The notes under the pieces are model-generated. The model was not told the origin of the DNA, did no database searches, and saw nothing but the letters and a program-made list of their open reading frames with translations. From assembly GCA_964035545.1 (NCBI GenBank), contig OZ037772.1:5522233-5586232 (forward strand): a stretch of DNA of 64,000 bases, read 5' to 3'. How positions within the stretch are numbered: position 1 is the stretch's first letter; each line of letters opens with the position of its first letter. A program made the translations under genes and the position numbers. Shown here piece by piece: positions 43,508 through 54,400 of the stretch. The stretch is from Bugula neritina. Taxonomy: Eukaryota; Animalia; Bryozoa.

Positions 43508-44721
43508 TTATCACCAAGTTGCATGCATTTTATAACAGTCATAAATGCCATATTATGACTCTTATCACACTTGGTAAACATTACGCAGGGCTTTAAAGCA
43601 GATAAGGTTAAATAAGGGAGAAATAAAATTCCCTCGAATTAAAGTTTTTGGCAAGCCAAATGATAAAAATGACAGGAGTAGAATTTGGTCAGGTGACCCA
43701 TTGTGCCCCATGCACATGGCCAACTTGAAAAACAAACGTATACGGTAGCTGAATGAAAATTGCTTTGAACTTGCTATTATACTAGGTAGTTAATTAAGGT
43801 TATAGATGCAAGCAATGGCAATAATCTCTGTAAAAAAAACTAGGCTTGTTACCTTTGAGTTTAAAAAGCTAAATGCTTGGATGACATCTTGAAAAGTTAC
43901 AACAAGTCGTTAAAACAAATATGAACTCACTTACTTAAAATGTAAGTTCACCAAGTGCAAGAAAACAACAGCTGAAAAATTATGTAAACTTTTTTGAACA
44001 TAAAAACACAACTCTAAGTCAACAATTTCTCTTGAGGTTCCACTGACTTTTTGTACCCCTATGGCCACTGTGCCTGGTTACCATTACTTTCCAAATTCAC
44101 ATTTGCGCCTTTTAGGATTTACGTTCTTGCATTAATTATGCATTTCTAAATGTTTCTGTATGTTGTTTTAAGCTTCATGTGCGAAGGTGAATGGTTAACA
44201 CAATAAAGTAAACAATCACCATGGTAACCAAACATCAAGCATCTCGTTGAATCAATTCCTTGAGTAGTTGCTAACTCATGATATTTGAGAATACTGTTAC
44301 AACAAAATGTGTTACAAATTCCACTGTCGGCAATCACAGTTGTTGTTGAATACGCTTAAATGCTTAACTTACAGTATATAGTTTTTAACATCTAATGTCG
44401 AAAATTATTAGTAATCTCTGTTATAATTATGCTTTATATCTAATTGAATTACAACCATTATATTTTGAATAAGCTTTTTGTTCCAATGAAGTAGGCATAA
44501 TGGCTTCATTATTGCTGACAAACAGCAGCTGGAACTTTGTATGTTTACTCAGCTCTAAAAGCAATCTCAACACATTAACCCTTTGCATGGCAATGTTATC
44601 ACCAACTTAAGTGTATTTTGCAGCTATCATAAATACCAGGTGATCCTTTATCACACTTGGTAAACATTAGACATAGCTTTAAAGCAGATAAGGCTAAGAA
44701 GGGGAACAATAAAATTCCCTC
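43508..44721. repeat. Diverged ~130-bp direct repeat pair (~43508-43636 and ~44596-44721)
   Basis: Shared TTATCACACTTGGTAAACATTA..GCTTTAAAGCAGATAAGG..ATAAAATTCCCTC. Confidence 0.7.
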
Positions 44722-44770
44722 ATTAACTATTTCAAGGTTTCACTGAAGAGCAGTTTCCACTTGAACCATC

Positions 44771-44782
44771 AGTTTCACTTTC
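44771..44782 (+). promoter_or_regulatory. ISRE/IRF-binding consensus upstream of the TRIM gene
   Basis: AGTTTCACTTTC matches AGTTTCNNTTTC. It lies ~120 bp before a GTAAGT donor (44902) that could join the acceptor at 45480-45481 just before the ATG. Confidence 0.5.
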
Positions 44783-45487
44783 GAGTTCATAGAGGAAACT
44801 TGTAGAGAACCATTTACCTTCAAATTGAACAGTAATCTATACTCACTCAACTCAAATTTAATCGACCAACTAGAGTTACTAAGTGAATGCTAATTGTGCT
44901 GGTAAGTTTTACATTTCTAGTTGAAGCAACTGCATGGTATTGTTAATCTTTACATTCGAAAGTTCTACAGTTAATATCTTGTGATTTTAACCTGTGAAGA
45001 TTATCAGTCACTACTAAAAAGCTAGCACCACTTTTGTAGTTTTGCTATAGCTACTACAGGTGTGGGTTATAGTTTGTGTTTTAATGCACTGCTAAAACAT
45101 AACTCCTATAGTTGGGTTTGCGAGCAAGAACAGAGTGTCAGTTATGGTTGAATATGCATTTAAAACACTATTTATGAAAATAACTATGCATCAAAGTGAA
45201 AAGTGCAAGAAAAAGATTTATGCAGTAATGAGCTTTGTAACAAGTCTAAAGGTAGAGCGAGTCTGAAAAGTTAAAAAGCTAAAAAGATCAATTAATAACT
45301 CACCATACAACCAACAGTTTGGTTGGAAACATGAACTATACTTGTCATGGAATCTTATGTTCGATATTTAGACCATATAGCAGAAACTTGTTTATTTTCA
45401 ACTTCTTCACTGTGGTAACTTTTATGATGAGTATGTCAATATCAATATATGCTTGTGTCACCTTTTTTTTAATATTTGTAGAACAAA

Positions 45488-48400
45488 ATGGCATCTAAAC
45501 CTCAACAAATGGTGAGATGTACTATTTGTTTATCTAAACTGAAGTTAGAGGAATGTAAGGCACTGCCTTGTACTCACCCACACTGTGACAAGTGTTTGAA
45601 TGAATTCTATGGAAGGCTGAATGCTCTTAAATGTGGAATGTGTAGGTAGGTGAATATCATAGCATAACAAAATAATATGTATTTCATAATAATGTTTATG
45701 AATGTAAATAATATGATATAATAATTACTATAATATATGTGTTTCTGCTATGTAGTACCTGCATATGCAGCTGATATATTGCTGTACCAGGTTATAGAAC
45801 AGCTATAAGCATTACCCATTGAACCTTTATACATAATTACTTTATATACTATATAGCCTATAGTCAATGATCTATCAACAATAAATTCATCATTTATGTT
45901 ACAGAGAGGTGTTCAATACAACACCTGATAAGTTACCAACAGCAGACCAGATGAAAAAGACAGATAAGTCTATACTCTGTGAAGTTTGTACAAAGTCAGG
46001 AGGGAATAATACTCCTGCTCTGGTGTATTGTTTAGTTTGTTCCAAACTGTACTGTGCTAAACATGTCATTGTAAGTTACCAATCTGTAATTTTTAGCCGC
46101 GTGCAAATGTAGTTTTATTTGTCTATAGACTCTAGACTCTAGAGTAAATTAGCCACCATCAGTTAAAAATATTTATTGTGTTATCTGTGTATGTACCCTT
46201 ATATTTTGTATAGATAGATTGAGGTAGCCAAATTACCAGAAAGCCGAATATATTCAAATTTTGATGTTATTTCCCAGAGAAAAAATTTAATAATTTCACA
46301 ATACAAAATCCACAATATTTGAATTCATTGATCTAGTGAAATCATTCACTTATTTCCACTTATTTCTTCACATGGATTGGGTTTTATGCTTTTAGAGTTT
46401 ATAGCATATATCAATTAGCATACATTATGCTGTAATTTAGAATACCCTGGATAAAATATATGATTAAGGGGGACATAACTCTCATGATTTACTTGTTGCA
46501 TTCATGATTCTATTCCACTATAAATTGCACAGTATAAAGTTGTTATAATTATTCGAAGTATATCATATAGCATTGCATATATACTTTACGAAGTATAAGA
46601 TTATGACATTTAGGCTATTATAATGTGTAAATGCAATCTAATATACAATATCATTAGTAAAATGCGTACTACTCTGTATTATATATTTATCATAGGATCA
46701 TGATATTGTGTCTGAAGAACATTCTAGAATTAATATGACAGAATACAAAGCTCGTGCTGCTAAGTTAGAGAAGAGAATGTGTGAGACACATGCAGACGTA
46801 GAGTATACTTTGGGTTGTAAAGTCTGTCTCAAACTACTCTGTACTCAGTGTGTACCTACAGCTGGTGTATGTGAAGATGGTAAGTGGCTATTCTTCTGTT
46901 TACTTGCTATATATATTACATGATTCAGGTACACAACAGCTTATACATTACTTTGTATATATTACTTCAGGTGCATCACAGCATACACTCTTGACATTGA
47001 AGGATTTAACAATGCAGCTGGTGGAAATCACAAAGTTAAAGACAAGAGAAGACAACTTATCTGGTTATTACAAACAGATAGCTGCAAACATTGATGAGTT
47101 TCGAACTGAAACCAAGAAGCTGCTGGGGATGCTATGTAAACAGCGTGATGATCAGGTGATAATTACATGGTTTTTAAATTTAATAATTATAAAGATCATA
47201 TAGAAACTGTGAGAGTTTGTTTATAACTTTTCTATTATCATCTGAGATAAGCTACTTTTTTGGTAGATGCAAGATGGTTATACACTCAGACACTCTTCAA
47301 ATTTTTTTAGCTTGTCTAACATTTAATGTGACTGTATTTAGATAGCAGCTATTCAACAGAAGTATGACAAACTGGAGAAAGAACTGGTGGAGAAGAGAGA
47401 AACTACTGAGAGTCGAGCAGTGAATTTCATGGTAGAGGAAGTTGGGGCTAGATATTGTGAGCTGTATAATCACAGAACAGGAATAGAGGCTAAGTTAGAC
47501 CAAAGTCATGAGGTTAGTTGCAGAGCATATATAGTAGATGTTTGGATCTGTAGCATTTTTATATATTATTTCAATGTCTTTATATAAATTCTATATTCAT
47601 TGTTTCTCTATCTGTAAATAACATCTAAAGAGTACATAAGTAGAAAATGAATCAGGTAATAACCAATAGAGGCAGTAATGGAACTGTACTATAACATATC
47701 ATGCTGTATAACACAGGGCTGTCCAACATTTATGCCACCCTCAAAGGCATAAACATAAAATTATGTTGCTCTATCAGATATATAAATTAGAGTGAAAAAA
47801 ATACTTTTTAAATACATTTATTTTTGTATGCATGCTAAAACATGCAGCCTGTAGTAGTTAATGAGACTTCATTCTGTAATGATTTATAAGAATTTGGAAT
47901 GAAGTAATTTGAAAAATGCTGTCATTGTGGCTCAGCCCAAATTAAGTTTTACAGAGTGGCCTCCAGTCACCAGAGTATTCCATTTTATTTGCTGTCGGTC
48001 TGCAAGATACCCAGTGTACTAACACTATATGACACTGTATTATAATACCGTAGCATACTGTATAATACAATAATACCATAGTACTTTTAATATCATAGCA
48101 TGCTGTGTAGTACCATAGGACACTACATAACACTATATGATACTGTATAATACTATAGCACTTTGTATGGTATAGTAGGATACTGCAGTATAATACTATA
48201 TGATACTGTATAATACTAGAAGATGCTGTATAATATGCTATATTAGGATACTGTATTTAATAGCATAGCCCACTGCACATTAGCGTCAGCTTTGAAATCT
48301 GTGCTCCCTTAAGGTACAGTTTATTGGCGTAAACCTTAGGTGGCTTTTACAATGCAATGCAACTCGGAAAAATTTCAACCCGGCCAAATTGAAATTTTGA

Positions 48401-51400
48401 CCGAAAATCGTGAAGGTATAAACGCAACTTTACCCATTTATAGTTGGCAGTAGTCTGTTTTCCTAATATACTGCATTGCAATCTCTATCCATCAGTCTTT
48501 TGCATTGCAATGCTGCTTTTTAGAAGAATTTGTGTGTGTCAAATATAAAATTGTTGTTGATTTCATTGTTCATTCTCAACACTGGCATTCTCTATAATAG
48601 CAGACAACTCTATAACACCTGCTACACAGTGTCACATTGTGTGTATATTTAATATTGTTAGGTTGACATCATCAAGTCATATTGTGATATGAAGAAGGAG
48701 ATTGATAGACTGTTGACAGAAGAGATTCCTAAGTTGACAGAGTTTGATTTTGTAACATCTGTGGAAGTGAAAGGTTGGTTTTATATGTTATCCATGCAAA
48801 ATTATTTAAAAGATATTGAATAGAACTATAACAGTTTTTCATTTTTATGACACTTTGTATCTTGTCGTATTTATAAGTAAAATCATCACAGAAGTATATA
48901 TTTTGACTTTTAGATTGAAGGTGTATTATGTGTGTAAGCTATATATGTTGCTAACTGTTACATTTTCCTCATTTGGCATTTCTCTCTATTGACCTGTGTT
49001 ATAACGATATATTATATATAATATTTTAATTTAACATGATGAAGGAACTAATATTTTCTAAAACTACTATTAAAGTATGTTTTTTAAGATAAATGTTGTT
49101 ATTGAAAATCTTTAGTGTTTAATTTACATTGAGAGGGCAAGTGGCCTACATCTCCCCCAATCTGTAAACTTCTCTCAACTACATTAAAGATTTACACACT
49201 TGTGCAATAGCTGTGCTTACTCTTGGAGAATACTATTACAAGTTTTTGATGAACATAATCTAATTTAATATAGTAGTATATCACTAAATAGAATATCATT
49301 AGAACTGATTTTAATGTTTTGTTGACGTGAATGCAGCTGCTGATTTTTTTCTGCAGTAAATTTTTTTCCATAGTTGATTCCTATAAAAATAATCTGGTAC
49401 AGAAAGCCAAAATTATAATAATAATTTTTTAAATGAAAAGTGCATGGTCATTGCAGTGTTGCTATAGCACTGCCATTTGTGTTGTGATACACAAAGATAT
49501 ACATGTATGTTTACATATCTGCTAGTTTTTCTAATGTATCAGCTGTCTTATATATTGTAGTAATTTGTGCAATTACTGAGCGTGAGTTATTTACTTGCGT
49601 ATAGTTAGCTGGTTATTCTGCTAGCAATTACTAGGGTAGCTGTCGAGTAATTATATTTATTATCCACAATAAAGCATAAAACAAACATCACATCAAATTA
49701 TCCTATACAAGAGTCGGATCAACTACTAACACATGTTACTACTTCAAGCCTCCGCTTACAACAACGTGGTATACTGTTAATAACCCGGGAAGTGTCACGT
49801 GAATCGGAAGCATATCTTCCGGAGCTGCTAATTGGTTGCTACATAAGGGTCTGAGTATTCCAAGAGTAGGGAGAGGGCGATTCCCGTATTTGTACTTTGC
49901 ACTACTCACTACACCGTCCCCCCCAGCAGAAAGCCCTACTTTCTGATAACACAATAAAAAAACACATAATGAAAAACTATACAATAATCCAAAAAGAAAA
50001 ACATACATAAGTAAACCCACAAAGAGTAAGAAAAGAAATAGTTAAACACGACAACGTTTACATTAGAAGACAACAGGGTGATCGATCACACACATCTAGT
50101 CAGCTATTAAGAGAGAGGGTGCTTACCAGCACGCGGGCCAATGTCGGAGCGCTCGTCACATTCCAAACGAGTTATAGCTCAACGAAGGTGCCTACCCCAG
50201 GCATTCTCATTGGTTGGACTCTGATTCTTGTAGCGATCGTGCTCTGTGTCGAGCCTGTCGGGCACGTAGCCGCCTCTTCAGTCGCCCCACTGAGTCCTTC
50301 AACTGGTATAGACCTGTCGTCGTATCCAGCAGGTCAGGTGCAAGTTGTGTGAACTCGGCTTGTAGTCTTACAAGCCGCTCTTCTACGTTAGCCAGCTGGC
50401 TGGGCCTTGGTGGGGTTGTAGTGGTCTCCGTTAGAGGGGATATTGTTGTTTCTTCTACTTCTGGGGTGTTGCTAGGGTTGACGGGGGTAGGAGGTGGGCC
50501 CTGAACCATAGGGGACTTATGGCGGGCGGATAGTAGCAGTACGTGAAACCCTGACGCTAGCGCGGCCAGGGTGATAGCCTTCCTGATGACTGGCTTGATG
50601 GCATCCAGGTATAGGGGGAAACTGTCTTCATCAACAGTGTGGTTCTCTCCGGCGAAGCAGCTTAGATTATGTACTGTCACGAGATACGGGTAGACGTCGT
50701 GGAACCCGCAGGGACAGGAGTGGAGCAGGAAATGGGCGTCTACATGTAAACGCAGGGAGCGGTGTGACGGGCACTCCTCAAAGCAGACCTGGCAGGTTCG
50801 GTGTGGTCCACTGGGTCCCCAGGCTTCTTCAATTCTCCTCTCTGTCGTGGGTGACACCCAACGGTGTTGTCGGCGGAGCACCACGGGTATGCCATTCTCC
50901 ATTACAGGCTCTTCTTCCATAGGCAGAGAGGTTGGCTGGTCCCGTGACCGGGAGGTGGTCACTCGAGTGTGATCTGAAAGAGTAGCAGTGTTAAAGATTA
51001 TACACTGAGGCACCGTCGGCGTGTACAGCCTGACCGGTACTCTGTTCAGTTACACTCGTGAGATTCAGGCTAATGAATAGTTGATGGAGAACACACTCGC
51101 TATGACAGATTATTTAAAATCAAAGTCGACGTGTATTCCCACCACTGTTTATCATTATCGAATCTCCAGCTCGCTAGCTAGTGTAGCTAAAGCTGACTGA
51201 TGCAGTCTAGTTATCGTACCAAAAACATAATTAACTCACCCTTCGATCCAGAATAGTAAGACATTTTGGAATGAGAGTGGTAACTGATTACTGTTTACTG
51301 GCACGTCTACTCTCGACTGCATCAACATAGGAAAAGACCGAACAGCGTGGTTGTGAAACGTGACTAGGGCTTTTCACTTCCAGCGGATGAATCTCGTGTG

Positions 51401-54400
51401 AGATTCCGCCGAGGCAAAAGTTGAGATTTTCGTGGTGATCACAACTCCCACAGCTCTTTGCCTGTTTTCCCATGCGAGGCCTCTCTAGACTTTTGTTACT
51501 GCCGCTTATACCGCGGTCACGTACACAGTCTCTGAGACACGCTGGAAGTTGCCTAGTGTGTGGTCCTGATCCTTTGTTGGTATCTCCTTGCGGAGCCCCT
51601 CCCACGGGGGGTTTTTGCACTTCCGGACCTGTTTCTGGTTCCGGAAGTGGTGATGATGGCAGGCTTGACGTTGGGGGCGGTGGGCGCACTTTCAAGGACG
51701 GAAGTGGCCTTTCTCGCCTCGCCAAGTCTTCCTGATGTGTCATGGAGGTGTTTCCGACCAGGTTGACAGTCTCCGCCTGCCGAGACTTTCTTGCACAATG
51801 CGTCTGCCGCCCCGCTTCACCAGGGAGACGGCTATGCTTGTTGGTCTGGCAGACTTTGCACCGTCTCACTCTGCGTCGGATATCCCGTTCCATGTTAGGC
51901 CAGTACCACCGGAGTTGTAGCTTGGTGACCACCCCTTGGACTCCTCCGTGAGTCTCCTCGTGGGTGTCTTGTATCAACTTCCGGCGGATGGCAACTGGGC
52001 AGACAACCCTCTTCCTGGCTGGCTGTCTGCTGTTGGCGGCCAAGGTCATGGTCAGCAGACCATCTGGCCCGACCCGCAGAGAGCTCCAACGTTGACAGTA
52101 CAGCCGTAACTCGGCGCATCCCCGTTGCCGTTGTGTATTACTGGGTCGTCGCCCTTCCTGTTTCGCTCGGTACACGTCGGCTACCACCCCAGGAAGGCAT
52201 TCCTGGAGCTTCGGCAGCTCCCTAACGTTACCAGCCCATACAGGTTTGGCGCGGAGGCTCTGGACAGCCTCCGGGGGCGTGTCAGCCCTCTGTTGGAGTA
52301 GCTGAGCAGGGGCGGTCCTCGCCGCCCTTGGTACCTCACGACAGCCTGCTCTATTTAGGCGGGCTCCGTGGTCTGTGTGGCTGAATGCCTCACTGTACCC
52401 ATGTGGCAACCTAGCCACAGCCTGGCGCTTCCCGTTGCCTGTGCAGCCACGTCTCCCTGGAGGAGGGGAGGCATGGGTTGGGACGGTCCTCCGCCCTCGA
52501 GACGGGCCCTGCTGTGGACCTTCCGTCGTAGCTCCCGACGACGGCCCAATGGCTTCCTCCTGGACAGGATGGAAGCGACCCAGCATGGATCTGGGTAGTA
52601 GGTCTACTGTCTCTGAGAAGGGGTTGACACACTGCACTGAGATCTCTCCTTGTCCCGTAAGCCGGCTAAAACTACGGGCAAGTTGGACTCTCGAGTGCGT
52701 ACTTTCGACAACTCCCAACTTAGAGGTTTGGCCACCGTCTACCTTGCAGCGGACGGTAGCCCGGGAGTGGCCTGGTATAGTACAGCTCCGAACTACCTGC
52801 ACTGCTCCTGCTAGAGGACGACCAAACTTATCGACACAAGCGAGCTCCTTGTCGCCCATGATCATCGCAGATTTACTGAAATCGATGCGACAACCGTGTC
52901 GTTGTAAGAATGGCATCCCGAGGATAGCATCCTCGTTGAGCTGCCCGACGATAAACGTCTCTTGGATGGCCTGGTTACGGACGTAACCAGTTAGCTCAAT
53001 AATGCCGTAGAAGGGAATGCACGACCCGTCTGCCAGGGTGCCATGATCCCCCTCATACGGTGCCAACCCGTCCTTGACCTTAGCGCTGAGGGTGTCAAAG
53101 AACTGACGGCTAAGGAGGTTGGTGGTGCAGCCTGAGTCCAGGAGGAAGTTGGCAGGCTTGCCGGCTAGCTTTCCTGGTAGGAAGTAGCTACTTCCGTGCG
53201 GCTGCAATTGTGTGTGCCGTGGTTGCACCTCCTTCGCTGTGGGTCGAGGGGTCCACGGTTGGCGGCGACTATTGACCAGCTGCCGAGGTTGGGGCGGTAC
53301 GCCTTGCGGCGCCTGTACCGTTTCCCTCGCAGGCTCTGTGGTCAATCGTCTGCCGGCTCCAGATTGGTGCCGGAGTGGCGTAGAGGACCCAGGCGGCGAG
53401 TGGCTCGAGCCTACTTGCCGCGGGGGTCGCCACTTCACAGCATCTCCGCGCGGCGCCCAGCGGGGCGACAGACGCGCGGGCCTCCCTGGGTGATTCACAG
53501 ACGGCCCGCAGGAGGTGGGAACATCTGCGGGCCGTGGTAGTTTAACCCTTGTGGGAGCTGAGGGCAGTTCCTCTGGAAATGTCCTGGCCTTCCGCATTCC
53601 CAGCAGAAGTAGTGCCCCATGCCTGGTGATTGTACCTGCGGCCCGCAAGGCTCACGGGCAGTATCTACCTGGCTTGGGGAAGCTAATGTGGTGACCAGTT
53701 TATCTAGCATGTCAGTCATCTGTGAGATTTTTGACGCTAGTGACATCTAGTTCACATTAGCCACCGCGGAGGGTTCCGCGTTTAATTCGGCGTGAGCAGT
53801 AGAGTGCTCCGTGGTCACCTGGCGGGAGGCCACGCGGTTGCGGTGCATATGAGTCGCCAAGAGGTAGGCTTCTCCCACCGCAAGTGCATCTTCGACTGTG
53901 GTGACTCCCCTCGCTTGGAGTTGATGGTGGAGCCCCAAGTCGTTGATGGACTGCACGAAGGCATCATAAGTATACCTCTCACGGTGTACCGGAGGCAGAT
54001 CGCGGAATGCGATCTGCGCTAGTGGGTACACCGTGGCAGCGTGCTCTTCTAGTGACGTGTGAGGATCACGCCGCATCCTCTGTAGACGCGCCCGCGCATC
54101 TATGGGAGAGATGCCAAAACGGGCCCGCAAGGAAGCAAAGATTCCGTCTATGTCAGGTCCCGCTCCGTACGGCTTAGCTTTGCCCGTCAGCGCCATCCTG
54201 AGCTTTACCAACGCCACCCTTGGCGGCCATTCTGCAATCTCCATCACATCTTGGAATTCTTGGATAAACTGCTCCACTGCTTCTTCGCCGGTGAAGGTGG
54301 GCGCCTTCAGTCGGTATCTATCTTCACCATGCTCTCTAAGAATTCTCACTTCTTCATCTAACACCACTGGTTCCACAGGTATATCAACATTATCTCTCTC

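Noticed and set aside
50207-51013. ORF3 as an env gene
   Set aside because: No signal peptide or C-terminal anchor. It has one moderately hydrophobic internal stretch, and zinc-finger and coiled-coil features dominate.
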